From assembly GCA_050746005.1 (NCBI GenBank), contig JBOGLC010000118.1, forward strand, positions 28,465-92,464: a stretch of 64,000 nucleotides of DNA, in the 5' to 3' direction. The translations under genes and the position numbers were made by a program. Below the pieces are notes generated by a model. That model ran no database searches and had not been told where the DNA came from. It worked only from the letters and a program-made list of their open reading frames with translations. Shown here one piece after another: positions 27,533 through 37,036 of the stretch (positions within the stretch are counted from its first letter, which is position 1; each line of letters starts with the position of its first letter). This stretch comes from Terriglobales bacterium. Lineage in GTDB: Bacteria > Acidobacteriota > Terriglobia > Terriglobales > Acidobacteriaceae.

Positions 27533-28369
27533 TCATATCCCCCCGCTCAGCCCTTTGTAGAGCATTTCGATTCCGAGAACCACGATCACCCCGCTGAAAA
27601 TCAGACGCAGCCATTTGGTTTCCGCCTTCACCAGAATGCGGGTGCCCACCAGAGACCCGGCAAGAACACCCAACATCACCGGCATGGAGAGGCTGGGGTC
27701 AATATAGCCGCGGTTGAGATAGACGCCGGCGCTGGCGGCCGCGGTCACGCCAATCATGAAGTTGCTGGTGGTGGTGGAGACCTTGAAGGGAATCCGCATG
27801 GCCTGGTCCATGGCGAGAACTTTCATGGCGCCGGAGCCGATGCCGAGCAGGCCGGACAAAGTGCCGGCGGCAAACATGATGCTGAAGCCCGCGGGCACCC
27901 GCTGCACATTGTAGGTTCTGGTGCCTTCAAGGTCGGGGAAGCTGCCGTTGAGACGCAGCCGTGTGGCCAGCGGGTCGGGCGGAGAACTGCGTTCGGCCGG
28001 GGATCGGGGTTTGCGGGAAAGATATGCGGACGCAATCAGCACGAATCCAAAGATAATGGCGATTGCGTTGGTTGAGACCCATGCCGTGACGAACGCGCCC
28101 AGGAGCGCCCCCAGGGTGGTGGCAATCTCCAGAAACATACCGATTCTGATGTTGGAAAATCCCTCTTTTACATACGCGGCAGCAGCACCCGAGGAAGTGG
28201 CGATCACGGAAACCAGAGAGGCGCCAATCGCGTAGCGGATATCCACTTTGAAAAACAGGGTCAGGAGCGGGACGAGAACGACACCACCGCCGAGTCCGGT
28301 TAAGGCTCCCAGCAGACCGGCAACCAGCGAGCCCACGAAGACCAGGGCCGTAAATTCCAGAGTGTTCAT
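27533..28369 (-). CDS. TauE/SafE (DUF81) family anion/sulfite exporter
   Basis: Gly-rich TM repeats 'GLLGALTGLGGGVVLVPLL' and 'GTLSGLLGIGSGAM', typical of the TauE/SafE family. Confidence 0.8.
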   Translation of the reverse strand: MNTLEFTALVFVGSLVAGLLGALTGLGGGVVLVPLLTLFFKVDIRYAIGASLVSVIATSSGAAAAYVKEGFSNIRIGMFLEIATTLGALLGAFVTAWVSTNAIAIIFGFVLIASAYLSRKPRSPAERSSPPDPLATRLRLNGSFPDLEGTRTYNVQRVPAGFSIMFAAGTLSGLLGIGSGAMKVLAMDQAMRIPFKVSTTTSNFMIGVTAAASAGVYLNRGYIDPSLSMPVMLGVLAGSLVGTRILVKAETKWLRLIFSGVIVVLGIEMLYKGLSGGI

Positions 28370-28394
28370 GCAGTTTTAACCGGAACCAGACGAA

Positions 28395-29441
28395 CTAGTG
28401 TCCGTAACCGCCTCCGTCGAGGCGCACTTTCCCGCGAAACATGCGATAGATCACGACAAAGTAGACGATTGCCAGGACCATGCCGAATGCCCACCATGCC
28501 AGTCCAACTCGCAATGCGTAAGGTCCGGAGAGCGCATTGTTCACGGTAATATCAAAACCAACATCGTTGCTGGAGGGCAGCAGTCGAGGGTACAGGGAAA
28601 CCGCGGCGCCCACCAGCATGGCGGAAAGATAGATGCAGGAGGAAGCAAAGGCTTTGCCATCGGCCTCGCGGCGGCAGAAATAAAGAATTCCGCCCAGCGA
28701 GGCCAGCACCGCAACCGGAATGGCGAAGGCCGGCGGAAACGCATAGTAATTGGCGAGGGCATCGCTGCGCACAGCGATAGTCGCGACCAGGCTGACTACG
28801 GTAATGGCGAAGAGGACGCTCCACGACCGGCGGACGAAAATCCGGGCCCGCGTCTGCAATTCACCCTCGGTCTTTACCGCCAGGTAGAGAGCTCCGTGAA
28901 TGGCCAGCGCCACCAGAGCCACCATGCCGCCGATTACGGTGTACCAATCCAGAATGCCGGGTTGTGGGCCGACCCGCCAGTTGGTCCAGAGGGGAAGGAA
29001 GAAATAGCCGTCCGCCTGGAGGGGAACGCCGCGAATCACGTTGGCCAGCGCCGCTCCGAAGAATATTGCCAGGAGCGAACTGGAGACAAAAAACAGGCCG
29101 TCGAAAAAAGAACGCCAAACGCTGTCGTCGATGTGCATGCGCAACTCGATACTGGCGCCGCGCATGATGAGCAGCCAAAGGACAATCATCAGGGCCAGAT
29201 AGAATCCGCTGAACGCGGACGCGTAGAGAGCAGGGAAGGCGAAGTAGAGAGTGCCGCCGCCGGCCACCAGCCAGACTTCGTTGCCGTCCCACACCGGACC
29301 GATGCTCCTGAACATGATCTGCCGCTCCGCTTCGCTGCGCGCGAGCAGCGGATGCAGGATGCCGACGCCCAGGTCGAAACCGTCCAGCACGACGTAGGCG
29401 GCCAGCATGACGGCAACGATCCAGAACCAGATGAATCCCAT
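28395..29441 (-). CDS. cydB: cytochrome bd ubiquinol oxidase subunit II
   Basis: 'WFWIVAVMLAAYVVLDGFDLGVGIL' is the canonical CydB N-terminus. It follows cydA. Confidence 0.9.
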   Translation of the reverse strand: MGFIWFWIVAVMLAAYVVLDGFDLGVGILHPLLARSEAERQIMFRSIGPVWDGNEVWLVAGGGTLYFAFPALYASAFSGFYLALMIVLWLLIMRGASIELRMHIDDSVWRSFFDGLFFVSSSLLAIFFGAALANVIRGVPLQADGYFFLPLWTNWRVGPQPGILDWYTVIGGMVALVALAIHGALYLAVKTEGELQTRARIFVRRSWSVLFAITVVSLVATIAVRSDALANYYAFPPAFAIPVAVLASLGGILYFCRREADGKAFASSCIYLSAMLVGAAVSLYPRLLPSSNDVGFDITVNNALSGPYALRVGLAWWAFGMVLAIVYFVVIYRMFRGKVRLDGGGYGH

Positions 29442-29490
29442 CGTCTTTCCTTTTTCTTGCGCCTGCGTCTTTCTTACGCCAGGGTCTTTC

Positions 29491-30852
29491 CTAAGCCAGG
29501 GTCAGGGGCCGTGCTTTCGCGGCGTGGGGCTGATCGCTGGCGGAAGGTCCTTCACTTATCGTGCGGTAGACCAGAACGATGAACAGGATGGAGAGCACGG
29601 CGTACATTCCCATGAAACCCAACAGGGTAAATAGCGTGTTACCGGCCGACACATTTTTGGAGTATCCATCCGCTGTGCGGATGAGTCCATAGACCAGCCA
29701 GGGCTGGCGGCCGATTTCGGCGGTCATCCAGCCCGCCGTGTTGGCAATATAAGGCAGCGGAAAACTCAAGAGCAGCGGCCACAAGGCCCAGCGAGTCTCG
29801 AACAGCTTGCCGCGCCACAACAGAAAAACTTCCAGCAGCATCAGCAGAACGAAGTAAGTGCCGAGTCCGGCCATGATGTGATAGCTGTAGAACAGCAGGG
29901 GGAGCGGCGCTGGCCACTGGTCGCGGGGAAACCGATCCAGGCCCGTTACTTCGGCTCGCCTCGTCCCATAAATCAGGAAGCTCAACATGTCGTTGACCAC
30001 GATCGCATTGTCAATGCTCTGCGTAGTCTCATCCGGCTGCCCCATCAGAACGATCGGGGCGCCAGCCTGGGAGCTGAACAGGCCTTCCATGGCGGCAATG
30101 GCGGCGGGCTGATGCTTGGCCAGGTAGCGGCCGTGCAGGTCGCCGGTGGGGAAAATCTGGGTCGCGCAGGAAATGACCCCCGCAATCACACCGACGCGGA
30201 CGAAAATCCTGGCGTGCTCCTCGAACTTCTTCTCCAGAAGGTAGAACGCTCCCACCGAACACATCACAAACGCGCCGGTAATGACAGCGCCCGACATGTT
30301 GTGGGCGTACTCAAGCAGTGCCCAGGGGTTCATCAGCAGTCCCCAGAAACTCGTGATCTCGTACGATCCGTTGGGAAGAACTGAATAGGCGACGGGATGC
30401 TGCATCCAGGCATTGGTAACGATAATGAAAAAACCGGATATCCATGAGCCGACGAACACCAGGAAAGCCGATGCCCAGTGCGCCCACGGGGGGAGACGCT
30501 TCTCGCCGAACAGGAAAAGCCCCAGGAACGCGGACTCGAGGAAGAAGGAGAAGACGCCTTCCATGGCCAGCGGCTGGCCGATCACCCCGCCGGTGGAGCG
30601 CGCGAACTGCGCCCAGTTGGTGCCGAACTGAAATTCCATGGGAATGCCGGTAACGACCCCGATGAGAAAATTAATGGCGAATATCCTGGCCCAAAAGCGC
30701 GCGGCCTCGTTATAGCCCTCGTTGTGACGGACGAGCGCGACCGTCTTGAGCACCACGATCAGCAGCGCCAGGCCCATGGTCAACTGCGGAAACAGGTAGT
30801 GATAGGTAATGGTGAAGGCGAAGTGCAGACGGTGGAGGAGCAGGGCGTCCAT
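29491..30852 (-). CDS. cydA: cytochrome bd ubiquinol oxidase subunit I
   Basis: 'LHRLHFAFTITYHYLFPQLTMGLALL' and 'GIPMEFQFGTNW' are CydA hallmark motifs. At 453 aa it is the short Q-loop type. Confidence 0.9.
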   Translation of the reverse strand: MDALLLHRLHFAFTITYHYLFPQLTMGLALLIVVLKTVALVRHNEGYNEAARFWARIFAINFLIGVVTGIPMEFQFGTNWAQFARSTGGVIGQPLAMEGVFSFFLESAFLGLFLFGEKRLPPWAHWASAFLVFVGSWISGFFIIVTNAWMQHPVAYSVLPNGSYEITSFWGLLMNPWALLEYAHNMSGAVITGAFVMCSVGAFYLLEKKFEEHARIFVRVGVIAGVISCATQIFPTGDLHGRYLAKHQPAAIAAMEGLFSSQAGAPIVLMGQPDETTQSIDNAIVVNDMLSFLIYGTRRAEVTGLDRFPRDQWPAPLPLLFYSYHIMAGLGTYFVLLMLLEVFLLWRGKLFETRWALWPLLLSFPLPYIANTAGWMTAEIGRQPWLVYGLIRTADGYSKNVSAGNTLFTLLGFMGMYAVLSILFIVLVYRTISEGPSASDQPHAAKARPLTLA

Positions 30853-31024
30853 CGGGAGGCTCTAGTCGGACTCAACATGATACATAAAACGTCCAACCGA
30901 GACTGTCTGGCCAGGCGCGGAAAGCCAATCCCAGGCGCTAAAAGCGCGACCCGATTCCACAAGTAAGGGGCACGAACCCGTGCCTTTTCTATTTCGTGGT
31001 GAGCTCGGGCGATTCCGACGACGG

Positions 31025-31987
31025 CTAGGGCTGTGGTTGATGCAGGACTTTTGAGCGGTCGATGACCCATTGCGGAAATACGGGTGCGCCTTGCGGTGGC
31101 TTGCCCAGCGAGATGGCCCAATGATCGAGCCAGCCCGTGCCTTCTTCGCCCACGTAAGTGTCGGGCAGGCCGTAAGCCTGATCGCTCAGAGCATCCGCCA
31201 GCGTGATGAAGTGGTAGCCTCGCTTGCGCATCAGGTCGAGCAGTTCACCGATGTGGTCGGCCTCGAGTTGATTGCCGTGCAGCAGGAGAATTTGTTTGGG
31301 TTCGTAGCCGATGGTTTGTCTTGAAAGTTGCTCGGAGTACGCGAACACCTGGTCGCTGTAAGAGAGATAGCTTTTTGTGAGTTCCTCCTGGAGAGCAGTG
31401 TCGCCGCGCTTCTTGGCATCTTCGTAGACTCCGGCATACATCCAGTCCCAGGCGTCAAGCGTAACCGGAGCGATCTGGTAGCCCCGGTTGGCAAGAAAGG
31501 CTTCGGCCTTGCGGCGGGTTTGAAGGTCGCGGCCAGTGTCCAGGTAGGGATGGCGGAAGTATCGGAGCTTCATGTTGTGTTCGGCCAGGAGCAACTTGAT
31601 CACGGTCTCGCCCTGCACGATGTCGTCCTCCCAGGCCTGCAGCCCCACCTGGTTCAGGGAAGAGTGGCTGTAGGTGTGATTGCCGAGCTCGAACCCGTAA
31701 TCGAGCCACATGCGGAGGGCCTTAATGCGTTCATCGACTTCGCCAAATTTATAGAGCTTTCTTTCGTTGACGAATCCGACTACCGGTATTTTCTGGTCGC
31801 GAAGCGTGGTCAGCAACTTCGTGGTCATCTCGGTGATGGTCGCGGCGGACATGGTGTTGGCCGAACCGGCGGGCAAGTCGTCAATCGTGATCGCGACCTC
31901 GCGCTTGGGCTGGTCCGCTGCTGTTGAGCTAGGAGGAACTGCCATAAGGGATAGCGCACAAACGACTGGGAGCAATATCAGTTTCAT
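31025..31987 (-). CDS. exported polysaccharide deacetylase (NodB homology, CE4-like)
   Basis: Signal peptide 'MKLILLPVVCALSLMAVPPSSTAA', 'VAITIDDLP' (TFDD-type motif) and 'GNHTYSH' (His-His metal motif). Confidence 0.8.
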   Translation of the reverse strand: MKLILLPVVCALSLMAVPPSSTAADQPKREVAITIDDLPAGSANTMSAATITEMTTKLLTTLRDQKIPVVGFVNERKLYKFGEVDERIKALRMWLDYGFELGNHTYSHSSLNQVGLQAWEDDIVQGETVIKLLLAEHNMKLRYFRHPYLDTGRDLQTRRKAEAFLANRGYQIAPVTLDAWDWMYAGVYEDAKKRGDTALQEELTKSYLSYSDQVFAYSEQLSRQTIGYEPKQILLLHGNQLEADHIGELLDLMRKRGYHFITLADALSDQAYGLPDTYVGEEGTGWLDHWAISLGKPPQGAPVFPQWVIDRSKVLHQPQP

Positions 31988-32113
31988 GAGAGCCTCCGGC
32001 CGGGTCGGAATCAGTTCGCGAAGCAGATATTAGAACATGAAAGGCGTTCATTTTCGTCGGGATTGGTGTCGATGCTAGAATTCGCGCGTTGCGATCAGCG
32101 GCAAAAGCTTTAC

Positions 32114-32149
32114 CGCAGAGGACGCAAAGGATTCGCAAAGAACGCAAAG
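32114..32149 (+). repeat. four CGCARAG heptads with 9-11-9 spacing (copy 2)
   Basis: cgcagaggacgcaaaggattcgcaaagaacgcaaag, 53 nt upstream of the paralog-2 start codon. Confidence 0.8.
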
Positions 32150-32201
32150 AGGTTGTGAAAGATTTGAGGCGGGTTGTGATCGAGTTCTACGAGAGGACCG
32201 G

Positions 32202-34406
32202 ATGCTAACTAAAAGCTTTTCAAGGCGACCTTGGACTAGGAAGCTGTCGAGTGTAGCCGTGACCGCAATTGTCATCTGTTCTGCCGTGGCGCTGCCGAGG
32301 TCTTCGGCCCAGTCCATGGCGGGCGCTGCGGGAGCGCAGGTTGGGACCGTCAGGGTGGACGCGACGCTGGGACACGCGATCAATTCATTCGATCCCGACA
32401 GTGCGCTGGGCAGTTCGATCGATGTGCTGTCCCGCCGCGACATCGATATGGTGTACACGCCGCACATCATCCAGGAGTCGCTATCGGCGGGCTGGGGCCC
32501 GATCACGTATCGCAATAATACCGAGTTGCGCATGGCGGCCTGGCACTGGACAGAACATGGGACCTGGAGCGATGCCGCGCACCGCAGCGGGTATTTCACC
32601 GGCAGCACGGAACTGAAGGAGCCCATCCGATATATCCTGGCCTATGCGCTGCCTCACCGCGGCTTCGCGACCAGCGGCGACCGGCCGGTGCAGGGTTCGG
32701 ATCTTTCGTATTGGAAAAGCAATCCCTACCTGACCAGCAAATTTACCGGGGAGAGCGACGCTCTCCATCCGCAATGGGTGATCGTGGATTTGAAGGCCGA
32801 GAAACCGGTGAACGCCGTGAGTATTGCCTGGGCTAATCCTTTCGCGACAAAGTATCAGGTGGAGTATTGGGTGGGCGCAGGCGACGCCCTCGATTTCGAC
32901 GGCGGCCCCAAGGGGGAATGGAAAGTTTTCGGTTCCGGGGTGATCGGCAATGGCCAGGGTGGAGCGAGCCCGCTGAAGCTTGCCGATACGCCTGTTTCCA
33001 CGCGGTTCTTGCGCGTCCTGATGACGGAATCATCGAACACTTGCGACGAGCAGGGCTCCGGCGACGTCCGCAACTGTGTGGGCTACGCGATTCAGCAAAT
33101 TGCAGCCGGGACCATGGACGGCAGCGGCGCTTTCTCCGAGGCTGCGAAAGGTCCTGGCGAGAAGCGGACTACATTTTGCGTTTCATCGATTGATCCCTGG
33201 CATTCCGACGAGGACGTATATCAGGGCGGAGGCTACCAGCACAGCGGCTTCGATCTTTTCTTCCGCAGCGGGCTGACCAATAATCTGCCGGCAATGATTC
33301 CGGTCACCATGCTGTACGGCACTCCCGACGACGCGGCCGCGCAGGTTGCCTACATCGAGAAGCGCGGCTATCGCATCGGATACATAGAAATGGGCGAGGA
33401 ACCTGACGGTAAGCATGCCATGCCGGAGGATTATGCTGCGCTTTATTTGCAGTGGGCGACCGCCATCCACAAGGTTGATCCCAAGCTGAAACTGGGCGGG
33501 CCCGTCTTCGAAGGCGTCAATGAAGATATAACCCTGTGGCCGAACGCGCAGGGGCGCACGTCATGGATGGGCCGGTTCGTGGACTATCTGAAGGCCCACG
33601 GCCGCTTGGCCGACCTCTCTTTCGTATCGTTCGAGCATTATCCCTTCGAGCCCTGCACCATCACGTGGAAAACTCTCTACACGGAGCCGCAGCTGATCAA
33701 GCACATCCTGCAGGTGTGGAGGAATGACGGTGTTCCCAAAGAGGTTCCACTGATGGTGACCGAAAACCATCTGGCGGCCGAGCTCACCGGACCCATGACG
33801 ACGATCTTTGCCGCGCTGTGGCTGGCGGACAACGTCGGGTCTTTCTTCGAGGGAGGTGGCGCTGCGTTCTATCACTCGCCGATTCAGCCTCAGGGGCTGC
33901 AGGACAGTTGCCTGGGTTGGGCCTCATGGTCGAACTTTGTTTCCAACGAGCACTATGACATCAAGGGTTATACCTCGCCTTATTTCGCCGCGCACATGAT
34001 CAACCGGGAGTGGGTGCAGCATCGTTCCGGCGTGCATTCGATGTACAAGTCGTCTGCCGACATCCAGGACAGCGAGGGCAATGCCCTGGTAACGACCTAT
34101 GCGGTGCATCGACCGGACGGGAACTGGTCGTTGATGCTGGTGAATCGCGATGAAACGAATCCGCACACGGTACGGGTTGTGTTTGACGATTCGAAAAACA
34201 AGGTTGCATCGTTTTCCGGTCCGGTCCGGTTCGTGAGCTTCGGCAGCGAACAATATGATTGGATCAACGACGGGCTGAACAGCCACGCCGACCCGGATCA
34301 TCCCCCCGTCGGGACGACGGTCGAGGCGGGTTCCGGAACTACGTTTACCCTGCCCAAAGCTTCAATTACAGTGTTGCGCGGCAAAGTGGCGGGAATCAGA
34401 GAGTAG
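32202..34406 (+). CDS. exported discoidin domain / clan GH-A-like glycosidase (paralog 2)
   Basis: Signal peptide. 'HPQWVIVDLKAEKPVNAVSIAWANPFATKYQVEYW', 'YIEMGEEPDG', 'LMVTENHLA'. Collinear with 24712-26952. Confidence 0.7.
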   Translation: MLTKSFSRRPWTRKLSSVAVTAIVICSAVALPRSSAQSMAGAAGAQVGTVRVDATLGHAINSFDPDSALGSSIDVLSRRDIDMVYTPHIIQESLSAGWGPITYRNNTELRMAAWHWTEHGTWSDAAHRSGYFTGSTELKEPIRYILAYALPHRGFATSGDRPVQGSDLSYWKSNPYLTSKFTGESDALHPQWVIVDLKAEKPVNAVSIAWANPFATKYQVEYWVGAGDALDFDGGPKGEWKVFGSGVIGNGQGGASPLKLADTPVSTRFLRVLMTESSNTCDEQGSGDVRNCVGYAIQQIAAGTMDGSGAFSEAAKGPGEKRTTFCVSSIDPWHSDEDVYQGGGYQHSGFDLFFRSGLTNNLPAMIPVTMLYGTPDDAAAQVAYIEKRGYRIGYIEMGEEPDGKHAMPEDYAALYLQWATAIHKVDPKLKLGGPVFEGVNEDITLWPNAQGRTSWMGRFVDYLKAHGRLADLSFVSFEHYPFEPCTITWKTLYTEPQLIKHILQVWRNDGVPKEVPLMVTENHLAAELTGPMTTIFAALWLADNVGSFFEGGGAAFYHSPIQPQGLQDSCLGWASWSNFVSNEHYDIKGYTSPYFAAHMINREWVQHRSGVHSMYKSSADIQDSEGNALVTTYAVHRPDGNWSLMLVNRDETNPHTVRVVFDDSKNKVASFSGPVRFVSFGSEQYDWINDGLNSHADPDHPPVGTTVEAGSGTTFTLPKASITVLRGKVAGIRE

Positions 34407-34438
34407 TCCGCGAGAATCGCTCGCCGATAAACCGCGAC

Positions 34439-34545
34439 GTCATGCTGAGCTTGCGAAGCATCTGGCGTGGAGCGGCTATACGCCGGCCAGCGTTGTGCCG
34501 CCGCGCACAAGATCCCTTCGACTTCGCTCAGGGCACGCTCTTCGG
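34439..34545. repeat. REP cluster: family C (GTCATGCTGAGCTTGCGAAGCATCTGGCGTG) plus a partial family A' unit
   Basis: Family C unit at 34439-34470 and partial A' unit (AAGATCCCTTCGACTTCGCTCAGGGCACGCTCTTCGG) at 34509-34545, between convergent genes. Confidence 0.8.
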
Positions 34546-34612
34546 ACCAGGCGTTGCGTGCGCTACCTGGTGCGATTTGCCGGGGGCCCCAAGTCTTGCC
34601 TCTGGCTAACCG

Positions 34613-35641
34613 TCATTTCGCGCGATAAGGAATATATCCCCGGGTCCTGGTGCGCAGACGATAGACCGATGTGGTCGCCGTAATGTACAAGGTGCGGTAG
34701 TCGTTGTCTCCCCAGGCCAGGTTGGCGGGTTGCTCCGGCATTTCGATCGTGCCCAGATGCCGGCCTTGCGCATTCCACACCCAGATGCCTTTGGGACCGG
34801 TCACGAACAGGTTTCCTTTGCGGTCGATCTTCATGCCGTCGGGAACGCCCTGGTGTGGCCCGCCGGGCTCCTCGCCGAAGATTCTGCCGTTGCTCACTGA
34901 ACCATCGGGCGCGACGTCGTACACGCGAATGTTTCTCCGCTCGCTGTCATCCACGTAAAAGTGTTTCCCATCGGGTGAAAAAGCAAGCCCGTTGGGTTGG
35001 GTCAGATCTTTGGTCAGGAGGCGGACGCCGCCCTTGTCATCGAGCCGATACACACCCTGGAAGGGAATTTCCTGCTTCTCTCCCTTGACCAGATCAAGCG
35101 TGGGGTCGGTGAAGTAGAGGGCGCCGTCGGGGCCGGTCACGACGTCATTGGGACTGTTGAGTTTCATTTCGTCATAGCGATCGGCGAGGACGGCGTATTT
35201 TCCCTGGGGAGTGACCGCGATGATGGCGCGCAGAACACTGGCGCAATCGATCAGACGATGTTGCCGGTCGTAAGTGTTGCCATCCGGGTCGCCGAGCGAG
35301 ATCACTTCCTCTTTGCGGCCGTCGAGAAAGACGCGAAAGATCTTGTTCTGCTCTTCATCGCTGACATAGAGGAACCCGGACTCGTCCCACACCGGGCCTT
35401 CGGTGAAGCCGAAAGCGCCGGCCACTTTGGTCAGCTTCGCTTTGCGGTCAAGCAGTTTCCAGAACTGGGGTGAATCGGCGGTAAGCTTGAAGGTCCGCGC
35501 AGGCTTGTCGGCCGCGGCCGCGACACCCGGCGAACCCGAAAACAACAGAACGATGCCGGCCAGGGCAGCGGCTTTGAGCCAGTCATGGAGCCTTGGACGG
35601 CTGACCAGTGCCGGCGTTCTATCGATCGACCTAGTCTTCAT
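34613..35641 (-). CDS. exported SMP-30/gluconolactonase/LRE-family beta-propeller protein
   Basis: Signal peptide ending 'GSPGVAAAADK'. 'FGFTEGPVWDESGFLYVSD', 'PNDVVTGPDGALYFTD', 'PNGLAFSPDGKHFYV' and 'PDGMKIDRKGNLFV' are repeats typical of the SGL family. Confidence 0.85.
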   Translation of the reverse strand: MKTRSIDRTPALVSRPRLHDWLKAAALAGIVLLFSGSPGVAAAADKPARTFKLTADSPQFWKLLDRKAKLTKVAGAFGFTEGPVWDESGFLYVSDEEQNKIFRVFLDGRKEEVISLGDPDGNTYDRQHRLIDCASVLRAIIAVTPQGKYAVLADRYDEMKLNSPNDVVTGPDGALYFTDPTLDLVKGEKQEIPFQGVYRLDDKGGVRLLTKDLTQPNGLAFSPDGKHFYVDDSERRNIRVYDVAPDGSVSNGRIFGEEPGGPHQGVPDGMKIDRKGNLFVTGPKGIWVWNAQGRHLGTIEMPEQPANLAWGDNDYRTLYITATTSVYRLRTRTRGYIPYRAK

Positions 35642-36455
35642 CCTGATCCGCCTCCGGTTTCTTCTTGTTTCGCGCAGCGCTGATCAGGTAGCTGATGAGA
35701 TCGTCCAGTTCCTGACGGCTGAGCCGGGTGGCGTAGTCGCCGGGCATAAGGGAACGAGGCTGATATTCGATGCTTTGCAAATCCGACCGGGCAAACAGAT
35801 GCAGGTGGCCGTCCGTGGTCTGCAGTTGCAAAGAGAAGTTGTCTTCATTGCGCGCAATTCCGGCGAGTGTTTTCCCCTCTTTCGTGGTGACGATGACCAT
35901 TCGCTTTCGCGGGTCGAGACCACGGTTAGGTTCAGTAATTGCGCTTCGAATGTCAGCGACGGACAGGGTGGCGGCGTAACTGGAAAGATCGGGGCCAACG
36001 ACGCCGCCCTCGCCCTCAGTCATATGACATTGCGAACAGCCGGGTGCCCCAGTGAAAAGAATCCTGCCTTTTTTGGGATCGCCCGGAAGCTTCACCGCCA
36101 GGGTTTGTCCCTGGAGCTCGCGGAGATAGTGGACGACAGCTTCAACCTGAGCGTTGCTGAGCGAACTGAAGGCGGGCATGCCGGTTCCGGGGACACCGTC
36201 ACGAACAATCTGCATAAGAGCCCGGTCCCCCAGGCGCTGAACTTCTCGCCGGTGAGCGATATCCGGACCGTGCTCTCCCCCGGCGCCGTCGAGGCCATGG
36301 CAGGCCACGCAAGTGGTCGAAAAAATCTCCTTGGCCTCGGGGGCGGCGCCGTCAGGCTTGGCGGCTGGCTGGGCGTGCAAGTGCGCAGGTGCATTCACCA
36401 GCGCAATGCACGCCACAAACATCCACAGGAAGAATCGGGGTAGATTGCGGAGCAT
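35631..36455 (-). CDS. exported dihaem c-type cytochrome
   Basis: Signal peptide 'FFLWMFVACIALVNAPAHLHA'. Two CxxCH sites ('CVACH', 'CSQCH'). The C-terminal 'SLMPGDYATRLSRQELDDLISYL' resembles PVC-type haem-binding domains. Trimmed to ATG 36455. It overlaps the SMP-30 gene by 11 nt. Confidence 0.85.
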   Translation of the reverse strand: MLRNLPRFFLWMFVACIALVNAPAHLHAQPAAKPDGAAPEAKEIFSTTCVACHGLDGAGGEHGPDIAHRREVQRLGDRALMQIVRDGVPGTGMPAFSSLSNAQVEAVVHYLRELQGQTLAVKLPGDPKKGRILFTGAPGCSQCHMTEGEGGVVGPDLSSYAATLSVADIRSAITEPNRGLDPRKRMVIVTTKEGKTLAGIARNEDNFSLQLQTTDGHLHLFARSDLQSIEYQPRSLMPGDYATRLSRQELDDLISYLISAARNKKKPEADQDED

Positions 36456-36459
36456 CGGG

Positions 36460-36936
36460 CTATTTTCGTTTGACCGCAATGGCTGATACTTCAATGCGTG
36501 CATTGTTCACCAGCGCGGCCACTTGCACTGTGGCGCGGGCAGGCTTGGGGTCGGGCATCACGGCCTTATAGGCCTTGTTCATATCGGGGAACTCATGAAT
36601 GTCGGCTAAAAAAACGGTTACGGAAACAATATCCTTCATTTCGAAACCGGCCTCCTTCACGACCTTTTCGATGTTGGCCAGCGCCGCTTGAGTCTCCGCG
36701 CCAATTCCGCCCGGCGTGAGTTTACCTTTGTCGTCGATGCCTTCCTGGCCCGCGACGTAAAGCGTGTCGCCGGCGATTACACCGTCGCTGAAGGGAAAAC
36801 CTTCCGTGCCGGGCAGTTTGATTGCCCGCCGCTCCTGCGCGAAGCTGGTGAGGGTTACCGATTGGGCAAACAGCATCAGGACAAGCACTCCGAGGACGAC
36901 GTGCAACAGGGACAAACCGACCTTTTTGGTATTCAT
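36460..36936 (-). CDS. exported RidA (YjgF/UK114) family enamine/imine deaminase
   Basis: Signal or anchor 'VGLSLLHVVLGVLVLMLFAQSVTLTSFAQ'. RidA core 'GDTLYVAGQ...AETQAALANIEKVVKEAG...PARATVQVAAL...IEVSAIAV' retains the Arg of the PAR motif. Trimmed to ATG 36936. Confidence 0.8.
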   Translation of the reverse strand: MNTKKVGLSLLHVVLGVLVLMLFAQSVTLTSFAQERRAIKLPGTEGFPFSDGVIAGDTLYVAGQEGIDDKGKLTPGGIGAETQAALANIEKVVKEAGFEMKDIVSVTVFLADIHEFPDMNKAYKAVMPDPKPARATVQVAALVNNARIEVSAIAVKRK

Positions 36937-37036
36937 ATCGTGCCAGCTCCTTTTTGACAGCGTGAGAGTTGCTCCTTCACAATCACTCCACAACAATGCT
37001 AGAGTCCGCGTTCATATATACAACCAGGAGGCAGAG

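Noticed and set aside
28398-29582. 394-aa plus-strand ORF covering cydB.
   Set aside because: It is the exact antisense of a canonical CydB sequence and has a low-complexity, charged composition, so it is a shadow ORF.
30967-30994. GGCACG-AACC-CGTGCC hairpin followed by TTTTCTATTT, resembling an intrinsic terminator.
   Set aside because: The U-tract is on the plus strand, whereas both neighbouring genes (deacetylase, cydA) are on the minus strand. On the minus strand the stem is followed by CCTTACTT. It is therefore not called as the terminator of either gene.
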